Below the pieces are notes generated by a model that did not search any database, had not been told where the DNA came from, and was given only the letters and a program-made list of their open reading frames with translations. From the NCBI GenBank assembly GCA_034658935.1, contig JAYEGE010000008.1, positions 68,678 through 132,677 of the forward strand: 64,000 nt of DNA, written 5' to 3'. Position 1 is the first letter of the stretch. Each line of letters begins with the position of its first letter. The DNA is from Patescibacteria group bacterium. GTDB taxonomy: Bacteria > Patescibacteriota > Minisyncoccia > Phycocordibacterales > JACOZG01. Position numbers and translations under genes: made by a program. Below are positions 37,121-46,997 of this stretch, in pieces.

Positions 37121-38818
37121 TTGATGTCCTCACCAGCAGAACAAATCAAAGAACGTCTCGATATTGTCGAGGTAATTAGCGCCTATCTTCGCCTAGAGCA
37201 GGCGGGGGCTAATTGGCGTGCGCGTTGCCCTTTCCACCAAGAAAGGACACCCTCTTTCTTTGTTTCGCCGGCGCGCCAGAGTTACCATTGCTTTGGTTGC
37301 CAGCGAGGTGGAGACATCTTTAGTTTTGTTGAAGAGGTTGAAGGACTCGATTTTGTTGGTGCCTTGCGGGTGTTGGCCGATAAGGCCGGTGTCGAATTGG
37401 GGCCGACCCGCGGTCGTCGAGCCGACGAGGGACAGGAGCGCCTCTACCGTCTCTTAGAGAAAGCAACTCTTTTCTATCAGGAGCGACTAACCAATTACCC
37501 CCCAGCGTTCGCCTATCTTAAAGAGCGGGGCTTGAATGCAGAGACTATTGAAGAATGGCGTCTAGGCTGGGCCCCAGACGATTGGCGGGTTATAACCGAC
37601 TACTTAATCGCCCAAGGGTTCAACGAGATAGAGCTAGAGCAGTCTGGTATGGTTGGCCGCTCGCCCAAGGATCAGAGCCGTGTCTATGATCGTTTCCGTG
37701 GACGTTTAATGTTTCCTCTCTTTGATAATGCTGGGCGAGTAGTGGCCTTCTCTGGTCGTTTGTTCAAGCAGGGAGAAATTGAGGCGGCGAAATATTTGAA
37801 TTCGCCAGCCACCCAACTTTACGACAAGTCAAAGTTGCTTTATGGCTTCCATCGAGCTAAGGCCGCTATTCGTCGGGCCGATACCTGTGTATTGGTAGAG
37901 GGTCAATTTGACCTCCTTCTATCCCACCAGGCTGGCGTTGGTTATACTGTGGCCACATCTGGCACTGCTTTGACCGAGAAACATTTCAGTGAGCCAATCA
38001 AGCGTCTAACCAAAACTCTAGTGATGGCTTTCGATGCTGACCAAGCGGGCGTGGCCGCCTCTCGTCGGGCGGTGGGAGTGGCTTTGGGGCAAGGCTTCGA
38101 GTTGAAATTGGCAGCCTTGCCCTCTGATAAAGATCCAGCTGACCTAATCAGTCATGACCCGGCTGATTGGCTAAAACTTATTAATGAATCCCAACACGTG
38201 ATTGATTTCTTCTTGAGAAATATTGAAAGTCAAAACTTGTCCGCACGTCGTCGTGCTCAGGTAATTGTCACTGAAATTTTACCTCTTATCTCTCAATTAG
38301 TCAGCCAAGTTGATCAAGCCTTCTTTATTTCTCGGGCCAGCAGTTTGGCTGGGGTCAGCGAAGAGGTATTATGGCAAGAATTAAAGCGATTAAAGCCGGA
38401 TGATTCACTGGCCTCTAGAAGCGTTAGTTCGGCCGCTTCGCCAGTGGTTCCGCCAGACAAAAATCGGCGGCAGAGAATAGAAGAGCAAATTCTGGGGTTG
38501 CGGTGGTGGCGGTTAGAAGAATTAGACCCGGTGGTCAAGAGTGTTTGGTCTCAAGACTTGCTCGATCGTTTGACCGCAGAGGCGGCTCCAAGAAAGGACG
38601 ATTTGATTTTGGCAGCGGAATTGCGTTGCACTAGCCTAAGCGCTGAAGAAGTAACCACTGAGCTGGAGGTCCTATTGGCCGCTTGGCAGCAGGAGACTGA
38701 TAGGGAGGCGCTGGTAGCTGTTCGGCAACGGTTGACTGAGGCTGAGCGTCGGGGTGATGAGGAGGCCTTACGGCAATATTTGCAGGAGTTTCAAGATTTA
38801 TCCAAACGTTTGCAATAA
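37121..38818 (+). CDS. dnaG: DNA primase
   Basis: CHC2 zinc finger (CPFHQERTPSF..CFGC) and TOPRIM domain. Confidence 0.9.
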   Translation: MMSSPAEQIKERLDIVEVISAYLRLEQAGANWRARCPFHQERTPSFFVSPARQSYHCFGCQRGGDIFSFVEEVEGLDFVGALRVLADKAGVELGPTRGRRADEGQERLYRLLEKATLFYQERLTNYPPAFAYLKERGLNAETIEEWRLGWAPDDWRVITDYLIAQGFNEIELEQSGMVGRSPKDQSRVYDRFRGRLMFPLFDNAGRVVAFSGRLFKQGEIEAAKYLNSPATQLYDKSKLLYGFHRAKAAIRRADTCVLVEGQFDLLLSHQAGVGYTVATSGTALTEKHFSEPIKRLTKTLVMAFDADQAGVAASRRAVGVALGQGFELKLAALPSDKDPADLISHDPADWLKLINESQHVIDFFLRNIESQNLSARRRAQVIVTEILPLISQLVSQVDQAFFISRASSLAGVSEEVLWQELKRLKPDDSLASRSVSSAASPVVPPDKNRRQRIEEQILGLRWWRLEELDPVVKSVWSQDLLDRLTAEAAPRKDDLILAAELRCTSLSAEEVTTELEVLLAAWQQETDREALVAVRQRLTEAERRGDEEALRQYLQEFQDLSKRLQ

Positions 38819-38845
38819 TTTATTAACCTAAAGCAATCTTTTAAC

Positions 38846-40177
38846 ATGGTTAAGCAGAAGAAAAAGAAGAGTGTCGCCAAGAAAGCTCCACGGAAAGTGA
38901 AGGCCAAGAAAGTGGTAAGAAAGAAGGCCCGAGTCGGTGGGGCAACGAAGAAGACCGAGACTAAAACTAGGGTCAAAGCCAAAACTAAGGCGACTAAGGT
39001 TAAGAAACCTGCTCGTAAACAGACCAAAAAAACCACTTCAGTAAAATCGGCGAAGTCGACGAAGAAGATTGTGTCCAAGGTTAAGAAAAAGAAAAAAAGT
39101 CCCAAGACTAAGGAGCAGAAAGAGCAAAAAATAGAACGCCTATTAGAGAAGGGGCGCGGGCGGGGGTTTGTCACCTACGCTGAGCTTCTCAAAGAATTGC
39201 CCAATGTCGAAAAAGACCTGGTTTTTTTGGAAGAGATATATGACCGCTTCGAGGCGGCAGGAGTTGATGTTTTAGAGGAGGGGGGTCTCCTAGACGAGGT
39301 TAGCGATGAAAAGCTTCAGAAAAGTGGCCTGTTGAGTAGTGAAAGTACGTCATTAGATTCAATCCAGCTCTATCTTAAGGAGATTGGTAAACATAAACTG
39401 ATTAGTGCGGCCGATGAACGAGAATTAGCGCGACGTATTCTCAAGGGTGATGACGAGGCTAGACAGGCTTTGGCTCATGCCAACTTGCGTTTGGTGGTCT
39501 CCATCGCCAAACGTTATATCGGCCGGAGCCAGGACTTAACCTTGCTCGACTTGATCCAAGAGGGGAATCTGGGCTTGTTCAAAGCAGTGGAGAAGTTTGA
39601 CTGGACTCGCGGTTATAAATTTTCCACTTATGCTACTTGGTGGATTCGCCAGGCGGTAACTCGGGCTCTAGCTGACCAATCACGGACTATCCGGATTCCT
39701 GTTCACATGGTAGAGACGATTGCTAAATACAAGCAAGTAGTCCGGCGGTTGACCCAAGAGCTTGGCCGTGAACCTCTGGCCTCGGAAGTCTCGACTGAGA
39801 TGGGGATAGATATTGAAAAAGTTTATACTATCGAAAAGATTGACCAGAGTACAGCCTCACTTGATAAGCCGACTGATAACGATGAAGAGAAGTCTACTCT
39901 AGGTGAATTTATTGCCGATAATAAGATTGCGGCGCCAGATAAAGATTCTTCTCAACGTATTCTGCGGGATCAGATCCAAGAAATCTTGGGCGATCTTACT
40001 CCCAAGGAAAGGCGTATTTTAGAAATGCGTCATGGTCTGGATGATGGTATTATGCGGACTCTTGAGGAGGTGGGGAGGGAGTTTGGTGTGACCCGTGAAC
40101 GTATCCGTCAAATTGAAGCTAAGGCCCACGAAAAAATCCGCCAACACGGCAAGGTAAAAAGATTGCTCGGATACTAG
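38846..40177 (+). CDS. rpoD: RNA polymerase sigma-70 factor with Lys-rich N-terminal extension
   Basis: Regions 2-4 conserved ([31 protein letters not shown]). Confidence 0.9.
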   Translation: MVKQKKKKSVAKKAPRKVKAKKVVRKKARVGGATKKTETKTRVKAKTKATKVKKPARKQTKKTTSVKSAKSTKKIVSKVKKKKKSPKTKEQKEQKIERLLEKGRGRGFVTYAELLKELPNVEKDLVFLEEIYDRFEAAGVDVLEEGGLLDEVSDEKLQKSGLLSSESTSLDSIQLYLKEIGKHKLISAADERELARRILKGDDEARQALAHANLRLVVSIAKRYIGRSQDLTLLDLIQEGNLGLFKAVEKFDWTRGYKFSTYATWWIRQAVTRALADQSRTIRIPVHMVETIAKYKQVVRRLTQELGREPLASEVSTEMGIDIEKVYTIEKIDQSTASLDKPTDNDEEKSTLGEFIADNKIAAPDKDSSQRILRDQIQEILGDLTPKERRILEMRHGLDDGIMRTLEEVGREFGVTRERIRQIEAKAHEKIRQHGKVKRLLGY

Positions 40178-40184
40178 CCACTTG

Positions 40185-40258
40185 CTCCACTTGGAGGAAG
40201 AACCTCCAAGTGGGGGTGTTTAAATAAAAACAACAGTGCCACGGCGCTGTTGTTTGAA
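40185..40258. terminator. two back-to-back hairpins forming a bidirectional terminator between rpoD and the convergent DsbA-like gene
   Basis: CCACTTGGAGG..CCTCCAAGTGG and AAACAACAGTGCC..GGCGCTGTTGTTT. Confidence 0.55.
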
Positions 40259-40278
40259 GTCTTTCGGTCAGACGGGTC

Positions 40279-41103
40279 TTAATTATTACCACCAGTTAGG
40301 CGGAGGTAGCTCTCTTGCTGTGCGGCGTCGAGGAATTCAATAACTTCCTTAGTTAGGTCATCTGCCTCGGCTGGTGCTGGGCCACGGAGGGCAACAGTTA
40401 AGATGTCGTTAGGGGCAGAAAGGATTACGAAGGGAGTTCCGTCCAGGCCAATGGCGGTACCGTTGGTGGTGTTGTCAATGACCTTTTGGGCGTGTCGCCT
40501 ATCAGTTAGACATTGGTTGAAGTCGGCCTCCTCAATACCTAGCTCGCCTGCATAGACGGGCAATTGCTCAAGGTCTAGGCCGTCGTTAGATGGAGTTGCA
40601 TCAAAGATCTTATCAATATAGGTCCAGAACGTCGACTCGCCGCCAAGCTCGGCTACACATTCAGACGCCTCGGCTTCTTGGCGGGCCTTGGTGTGGAGGA
40701 CGCGGCAACCAGGTGTCTCGCCGCCGTTACAATCTAGGGGGTAATGTCTATAAACCCAAGCTACTCGGTCGCCATATTCTTCCATCAAGGCCTCCATAGA
40801 CCAATGAAACATTTTACAGAAAGGGCATTCTAGGTCGGAATAATCGAAGAAGACGATGCTGGCATTTGGGTTGCCGCGGACATTATCACTTGCCGTTATT
40901 GGTGCGATTTCGTCAAGTTGGTAGGCCTTATCAGAGGAGCCTACTGGCGGTGTCTGGTCGCCTGGCGCCGGTGTACTGCCTCGATAGAAGACGGCCCCAG
41001 CAATTAATAAACCTGCAATAATAATGGCAATCGGTACCCCCAAACTGCTTTTTTTGTTGTTTTCCATGAATGTCACCTTAACATGGCCGCTCTCGGCAGA
41101 CAA
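40279..41103 (-). CDS. membrane-anchored DsbA-like thioredoxin-fold protein
   Basis: CPFC active site (DYSDLECPFCKMFHWS) and an N-terminal TM helix. Confidence 0.75.
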   Translation of the reverse strand: MSAESGHVKVTFMENNKKSSLGVPIAIIIAGLLIAGAVFYRGSTPAPGDQTPPVGSSDKAYQLDEIAPITASDNVRGNPNASIVFFDYSDLECPFCKMFHWSMEALMEEYGDRVAWVYRHYPLDCNGGETPGCRVLHTKARQEAEASECVAELGGESTFWTYIDKIFDATPSNDGLDLEQLPVYAGELGIEEADFNQCLTDRRHAQKVIDNTTNGTAIGLDGTPFVILSAPNDILTVALRGPAPAEADDLTKEVIEFLDAAQQESYLRLTGGNN

Positions 41104-41205
41104 ATGTGGATAGCCTCTTGAATTACTGGATTCTCCTCATGCTATAATATTTGTGGGTGTAGAGATAAAGGTCGAACTTTATCCGTATCGTAGGTTATAA
41201 AGCAC

Positions 41206-41424
41206 ATGCTTAAAAAAATCGCTTGGGTCCTTTTGGTCATCGGTGGCTTAAATTTAGGCCTAGTTGGCCTTGGCCAGTTGTTTGGCAGTTCCAGTTGGGA
41301 CGTAATACATTGGATCCTCGGCTCAGTCTCAGTTATTGAGGCATTGGTTTACCTGCTAATTGGTATTTCCACCGTGATTCTACTTTTCGGTGGTCGTGGC
41401 AATGGGCAGAGCCAGATGAGCTAG
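41206..41424 (+). CDS. DUF378-family small membrane protein
   Basis: Two TM helices with a GGLNLGLVGL motif. Confidence 0.6.
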   Translation: MLKKIAWVLLVIGGLNLGLVGLGQLFGSSSWDVIHWILGSVSVIEALVYLLIGISTVILLFGGRGNGQSQMS

Positions 41425-41502
41425 GTAGCACTCTACGGAATTCGTTCTCGCTACGCGGGGACGGATTTTGTTATCTGGCGATAATCACGTTAAAATAAGT
41501 CC

Positions 41503-42570
41503 ATGAAATTAGCCAATTCGACCATTGCAATTTTGCTTTTAGCCTTAACCATAGAGGTGGGTTTGATTGCTGATGATTTCAGTCAGCAACATAGGCAAGT
41601 TGATTTGGCATCAGTATCATCTCTGGCTTTAACTCCTGCTCAGCCCCCAGTTAAAGAAGTCGAAGAGGTAGAGGTTTTACCCCCACCTCCGCCGACTCCA
41701 ATTATCCCAATAGCCGATACCGAGATTGCTGAGGTTGTAGAGATTGAAGAGGCCAAGCCGTCGTCGCCTAAACCGCGTGGTAGTGGGCCCCTGGCCCTCT
41801 CGGCTCAGGCTTGGCTAGCAGTTTTTATCCCCCCCGCTGGTGACCCTCAAGTTTTGGCTAGCCACAATGCGTCTCAGTCCTTGGCTATTGCTAGTTTAAC
41901 TAAACTCATTACAGCCATTGTCTCCAATAAGGAGATTGATTCTGGTGTTGCCCTATCTCTTGATGGTGATTTGAAAACCCTTGGCGGCGATCAGGGCTCA
42001 GCTCCAACAAATATTCCAGGCGCTCAGATGGTGCGGGCTGGTGACCTTGTTTACCCCCTATTAGTAGAATCAAATAATAATGCCGCGAGCGCTTTGGCTT
42101 CAGTTATGCCGGAGGGGGAATTTGTCGTCCAGATGAACCTAATGGCTCAAGATCTGGGGTTACTCAATACTGGTTTTTATAATCCACATGGCCTAGATTC
42201 GGAGGGGGCAGTTCCGCCTAATTATTCTACTGCCGAGAATCTGGTCCGCTTAGCTGAGATTATCGTTAGCGATTATCCAGAACTTCTGGCGGTGACGAAA
42301 AATAAGGCCTACTCGATTCAGGCTATTGATGGTACAACTGTCAGGCAATTTAAAAATACGAACAAATTAATTGATGCTACTGATTGGCCGGCCACTGTGT
42401 TGGGTGGTAAGACTGGTCATACTGATCTCGCTAAACGTAATCTCCTATTGATTCTCCGTGATCAAGGTAGTGGGGGGCTGTTGATTACCGTTGTGCTGGG
42501 GGCCGATGATCATTTTGCTACTACTACTGATTTCCTCGATTGGATTTATTACCACCACGATTTTTCTTAA
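41503..42570 (+). CDS. D-alanyl-D-alanine carboxypeptidase (peptidase S11, PBP5-like) with Pro-rich linker
   Basis: SLTK (SxxK), SNN and KTG motifs. Confidence 0.8.
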   Translation: MKLANSTIAILLLALTIEVGLIADDFSQQHRQVDLASVSSLALTPAQPPVKEVEEVEVLPPPPPTPIIPIADTEIAEVVEIEEAKPSSPKPRGSGPLALSAQAWLAVFIPPAGDPQVLASHNASQSLAIASLTKLITAIVSNKEIDSGVALSLDGDLKTLGGDQGSAPTNIPGAQMVRAGDLVYPLLVESNNNAASALASVMPEGEFVVQMNLMAQDLGLLNTGFYNPHGLDSEGAVPPNYSTAENLVRLAEIIVSDYPELLAVTKNKAYSIQAIDGTTVRQFKNTNKLIDATDWPATVLGGKTGHTDLAKRNLLLILRDQGSGGLLITVVLGADDHFATTTDFLDWIYYHHDFS

Positions 42571-42668
42571 TAAAAAAGCCCCGACCTATGGTGTCGGGGC
42601 TGCCTCTTGTCTTACGGCTCATTATTGTTTCCGATCTTGAGTCATCAGGGAGATGATGCTGGACTGAG

Positions 42669-42947
42669 TTAAGCCGGGCTTCCTTTCTCTGCTTCCTCCT
42701 CCGTCAGGGCTCCGCAGATATAGTCGATGGCGCCGCCCACGGTCTGGAGTTCCTCAGCTTCCTCGTCTGGAATCTTGATCTCAAACTCTTCCTCGAATTT
42801 CATCACCAATTCGACCTGGTCGAGTGAGTCGGTGTTCATGTCGCCTACGAAGCTGGCTATTTCGTCGATATCTTCCCCCGGCTCCCTGCCCATCTGCTCT
42901 CGGATTACTCTCAGCGCCCTTTCTTTGACTTCGTTACGTGTTACCAT
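42669..42947 (-). CDS. acpP: acyl carrier protein
   Basis: A DSLD phosphopantetheine-attachment motif and an acidic helical bundle. The internal ATG is used. Confidence 0.8.
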   Translation of the reverse strand: MVTRNEVKERALRVIREQMGREPGEDIDEIASFVGDMNTDSLDQVELVMKFEEEFEIKIPDEEAEELQTVGGAIDYICGALTEEEAEKGSPA

Positions 42948-43067
42948 TAGTCCGTCCTTTTCTCTGAAAATGTTCCAGTTTAGCCACATAGCCAAACTTA
43001 TCTACTCACCAAACTAGCATTTTTAATAAAAGTTGTAAAGGTCGCCCTATGAAATGTTGAGAGAGAT

Positions 43068-43649
43068 TTATTCAGCTATTTCACGAATAGCCGAGAGGGC
43101 TGAGGGTAATTCTTTGACCTCGTTGTCATCACTGAAATGGCCCTTCCCGTGCTCGGTTATGATTTCTGCCCCCAATTTGTCGGCAAAGATTGTCGAGTCA
43201 CTGAAGGGGACAAAGGGGTCATCGTCTGAAAATATCGCCGTGAATTTATCAGTATGTGATCTGACTTTACCCCAATCAATTGGGGTTTCTAGCCAGGGTT
43301 TGGCTATTTCTTTGTCCTCCTCGTCTTCGAATGTCTCGTCTGTTAAATGGAGCCAGCCGGCCAGGAGGACGGCTCCGCCAATTTTCTCGTCTTCCTTTAG
43401 TTGTTCTAAATATCTCAATACCGTTTGCGCGCCGATCGAGTGTCCGAGTAAGAAAGTGTTTTCGTTTGGTGTGCCGATCTTGTCGGCCAGAAAAGGGACC
43501 CAGGTATCAATTTTGGGTTCTAGCGGGGTGGGCATAGAGAGGGCCTCAACCCGGTAGCCCTGCCCCTCCAACTCCTTTTTCAGCCACGGGAAACACTTCG
43601 CATCTTTGTGGCTATCCCATCCGTGAATCAAAAATACTCGTTTTTGCAT
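43068..43649 (-). CDS. alpha/beta hydrolase, YdeN/RBBP9-like serine hydrolase
   Basis: GHSIG nucleophile elbow. It has the family size and layout. Confidence 0.65.
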   Translation of the reverse strand: MQKRVFLIHGWDSHKDAKCFPWLKKELEGQGYRVEALSMPTPLEPKIDTWVPFLADKIGTPNENTFLLGHSIGAQTVLRYLEQLKEDEKIGGAVLLAGWLHLTDETFEDEEDKEIAKPWLETPIDWGKVRSHTDKFTAIFSDDDPFVPFSDSTIFADKLGAEIITEHGKGHFSDDNEVKELPSALSAIREIAE

Positions 43650-43698
43650 AATTGTTTGTGTCTTGCACCGCGTAGCTCCGATGGCCATCGGAGCGAAG

Positions 43699-43772
43699 TG
43701 GTGGACCTACGGGGAGTCGAACCCCGGCTTCATCCATGCCATGGACGTGTGATACCGTTTCACCATAGGCCC
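43699..43772 (-). tRNA. tRNA-Ala (anticodon GGC), CCA encoded
   Basis: The reverse complement reads GGGCCTA.. with a G3:U70 pair, anticodon loop ATGGCAT and T arm CCGGGGTTCGACTCCCCG. A hairpin terminator follows at 43660-43698. Confidence 0.8.
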
Positions 43773-43857
43773 AAATTTATTGAGAAAAAAAGCTTCTCCG
43801 CTACCACACCGCTCGGTGCATAATAGCAAAGAAGCTCGTCGCCTGTCACGACCCTCG

Positions 43858-44304
43858 TTATTTCTTAACGAGGCTCTTGACACGCACTTGGTCCGCCGCG
43901 CCATCTGGCAACGCTCCATCGTCATTTTCGAGTACTCCTACGAAAATCCCCGTCGCTCCACTTGCCTTTAGCTCGTCTACTACTAGCCCTAGAGCCAGTC
44001 GATCGCCAGAGCCCAAGCGATCAGTAACTACCAGAATCTTCTTTCCTTGGACCAGGGCGCGAACAGTGTCGGTAATATATCCTTGACCATCGGCTCCTGA
44101 CTCGAGGCAGGCAAAACCGACATCTGTTCGTTGCATAGCGCAAGCAATATGCTTGGCCACCGTAAGCGCCATTGCTACCCCCGCAGTCCTCCAGCCTGCG
44201 ACGATCTGAATTCCGTCCTGGAAGAAAAGGGCTGCCAATTCACCCAACCGAAACTCTGCCTTCCGTGGGTCCAACCAATCCAAATTATTATTGGTGGTGA
44301 CCAT
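43858..44304 (-). CDS. phosphoribosyltransferase-domain protein (type I PRT fold)
   Basis: PRPP-binding-like motif KKILVVTDRLGSGDRL. The assignment is tentative. Confidence 0.5.
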   Translation of the reverse strand: MVTTNNNLDWLDPRKAEFRLGELAALFFQDGIQIVAGWRTAGVAMALTVAKHIACAMQRTDVGFACLESGADGQGYITDTVRALVQGKKILVVTDRLGSGDRLALGLVVDELKASGATGIFVGVLENDDGALPDGAADQVRVKSLVKK

Positions 44305-44501
44305 CTTCTCCTTTCGTTGTTAAGGGCCTAAGACTTGACTCACTAACGTTTTTATTTTCTCCTTTCTATTATTCATCCTAACTTAGTCAAGCTTGAAAGG
44401 CAAGTTCTCGGGTGCTAAACTTGGGCGGGAATGGTCTCTGGTTTTTTATAGTAACAATTATTAGTTTGTCGAGTTTAATTATAAAGACTGAAAAATAAAA
44501 T

Positions 44502-45731
44502 ATGAGCACAACAGGTAAAACTATCGTCTGGCTAATCGTTATTATCTTGATCGTCTGGCTGGGCTATTTCTTAGTTACTAAGCCCGACATCAGTGGTCCA
44601 GCCACTGGCGAGCCGATTACTATCGGCTTCATCGGGCCTCTGACAGGGGACGGAGCCAGTATTGGCCAGAACGCTATGGCCGCCACTCAGCTGGCGGTTG
44701 AAGAGGTGAATGAGGTTGGCGGCATCGACGGCCGGCTCTTAGAAGTCATTTACGAAGATGGTAAATGTAATGGTCGCGATGCTTCTAATGCCGCTAATAA
44801 GTTAATAAATGTTGACGAGGTGCCGGTGATCTTGGGTGGGGGTTGCTCAAGCGAGACTTCCGCTTTTGCTGGCTTAGCCGAGCAAACTGAGACAGTTGTC
44901 CTTTCTTATTGTTCTACAGCCCCGCCACTAACAGAGGCTGGTGATTATATCTTCCGTAATATGCCCTCTGATATCTATCAGGGTGAATTTGCCGCTGATT
45001 ACGTCTACAACACTCTCGGAGTAAGTAAGGTCGCGATACTTTTCGTAAAGGCCGATTGGGGAGTGGGGATTAGCAGTCAATTCGTCGAGAATTTTGAGGA
45101 ATTGGGCGGGACAATCACTGCTAATGAGGGCTATGAACAGACGGCCCGTGACCTACGATCATCACTGACTAAAATTAAAGCTTCAGAACCAGAGCTACTC
45201 TATTTCGTTGGTTATTCCGAGGCCTCGATCCCTGGCTTAAAACAGGCTCGGGAATTAGGTCTCGACATGCCTATCCTCGGTGCTGACGCTTGGGACGATC
45301 CTAAGATTTGGGCAGACGCTGGTGAGGCGGCTGAGGGAATCAGCTTTGTGAAGCCGGAGGCTCAAAATGTTGAGAAGTATCGAGTCAAGATGCAAGAGAA
45401 GACCGGCAGTGACGAGATTGGTCTATGTAGCCCAACGGCCTACGATGGCGTCTATATTCTGTCGCAGGTTATGAATGATGTCGGTACTGACTCGACAGCG
45501 ATTAAGGATGCTCTTTACCAAGTAGAATACACTGGTGGAGTCTTTTCTTCAGAAGTTCGCTTCGATGAGAATGGTGATGTCTTGGGGGCCAATTATATTG
45601 TAAAAAAAGTCAGCAATGGCGTAGCCACTAAGATTGGCGAGGAGCCGGTGGCGGAGGGTGATGAAGAAGCCGACAACAATGAAGAGAACGAGGAAGCCGA
45701 CGGTGGTGACTCTGACGACACAGAAGAATAA
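44502..45731 (+). CDS. ABC transporter substrate-binding protein, LivK/LivJ (type I PBP) family, TM-anchored, acidic C-terminal tail
   Basis: IGFIGPLTGDGASIGQ Leu/Ile/Val-binding family signature and an N-terminal TM anchor. Confidence 0.8.
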   Translation: MSTTGKTIVWLIVIILIVWLGYFLVTKPDISGPATGEPITIGFIGPLTGDGASIGQNAMAATQLAVEEVNEVGGIDGRLLEVIYEDGKCNGRDASNAANKLINVDEVPVILGGGCSSETSAFAGLAEQTETVVLSYCSTAPPLTEAGDYIFRNMPSDIYQGEFAADYVYNTLGVSKVAILFVKADWGVGISSQFVENFEELGGTITANEGYEQTARDLRSSLTKIKASEPELLYFVGYSEASIPGLKQARELGLDMPILGADAWDDPKIWADAGEAAEGISFVKPEAQNVEKYRVKMQEKTGSDEIGLCSPTAYDGVYILSQVMNDVGTDSTAIKDALYQVEYTGGVFSSEVRFDENGDVLGANYIVKKVSNGVATKIGEEPVAEGDEEADNNEENEEADGGDSDDTEE

Positions 45732-45756
45732 TTATTAACACTGAGTACAAATAATC

Positions 45757-46938
45757 ATGAACAATACTTGGAAGATAATCATTGGGATAATCGTTATTAT
45801 CCTAGTGATTTGGCTGATTGCCTCGACGGGCGACAAGCCAAATCAACCAGCCACCGGTGAGCCGATTAAGATTGGGTTTGTCGGTCCTTTGACGGGAGAT
45901 GGGGCTAGTTATGGTGAGACAGAAAAGAATGCCACTGAATTAGCTTTGGCTGACTTGGCTGAAGATGATTCTGCGCCGAGGTTCGAAATCGTCTATGAAG
46001 ATGGTAAATGCAACGGCAAGGATGCGGCTACTGCTATACAGAAGTTAATTAATGTTGACCAAGTCAAGATTATCCTCGGTGGTACTTGTAGTGCAGAAAC
46101 TTTAGCAATGGCTCCGATTGCTGAACAAAATGAGGTGCTTCTCTTGTCAGCATTCTCAAGTAATCCTGCCATTACAGAGGCCGGCGACTATATCTTCCGT
46201 AATTCTCCCAAGGACGATGACGTCGCCAGTTTAGATGCTGGTACTATTGCGGACATTTACGATAAAGTCGGTGTAATTTCTGAGAACACCGACTACTCTT
46301 TGGGTGTCAGGAATACAATGAAGGAAATATTCGCCAGCCGAGGTGTGGAGGTTGTTGCTGACGAGCTCTATACCAATACCGATGGTCAGTCGACTGATTT
46401 CCGAAGTATTTTGGCCAAGGTCAAAACCGCACACCCAGAAGTTCTCTATATTAATCCCGGAACTTCGACCAATGCTGGTGGTGTAATTGTCAAACAGGCC
46501 AGAGAGCTCGGGATCCAGGTTCCGATTCATGGCAATTTCTCTCTTGGAACTTCTGACGCTCTCACAACTGGGGGAGATGCTATGGACGGGGTAGTGATCA
46601 GTGATTCTTCAGGGTTGGCGGATGCTGGTAGGGTAGTAGCCGAGAGATACAAAAATCAATTTGGGATCGATCCGGCCAATGAATTCGAAATGGGCGCTGC
46701 TTATGATCGTGTCATAATTATTGCTGATGCCATTAGAGATGTCGGTTATGACGTAGAGGAGATAAAACGGTATCTGTACGATCTACCTAATTTTTCTGGA
46801 GTGGTAGGTGATTACCGCTTTGACGAGAACGGAGATGTGGTTGGAGTCGGTTTCACTAATTTTGTTCTCAGAGATGGAGAGAAAGTGCCTTATGTTAGTG
46901 GCGTTGACGACAATGTAGACGAGAACCCAGAAGAGTAA
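45757..46938 (+). CDS. LivK-family substrate-binding protein (paralogue 2)
   Basis: IGFVGPLTGDGASYGE. It has the same architecture. Confidence 0.8.
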   Translation: MNNTWKIIIGIIVIILVIWLIASTGDKPNQPATGEPIKIGFVGPLTGDGASYGETEKNATELALADLAEDDSAPRFEIVYEDGKCNGKDAATAIQKLINVDQVKIILGGTCSAETLAMAPIAEQNEVLLLSAFSSNPAITEAGDYIFRNSPKDDDVASLDAGTIADIYDKVGVISENTDYSLGVRNTMKEIFASRGVEVVADELYTNTDGQSTDFRSILAKVKTAHPEVLYINPGTSTNAGGVIVKQARELGIQVPIHGNFSLGTSDALTTGGDAMDGVVISDSSGLADAGRVVAERYKNQFGIDPANEFEMGAAYDRVIIIADAIRDVGYDVEEIKRYLYDLPNFSGVVGDYRFDENGDVVGVGFTNFVLRDGEKVPYVSGVDDNVDENPEE

Positions 46939-46997
46939 TCTTTAAGTTGTTCACAAACAAAATCCCTCTGATCTAAGGTCGGGGGTGTTTTGTTTTG

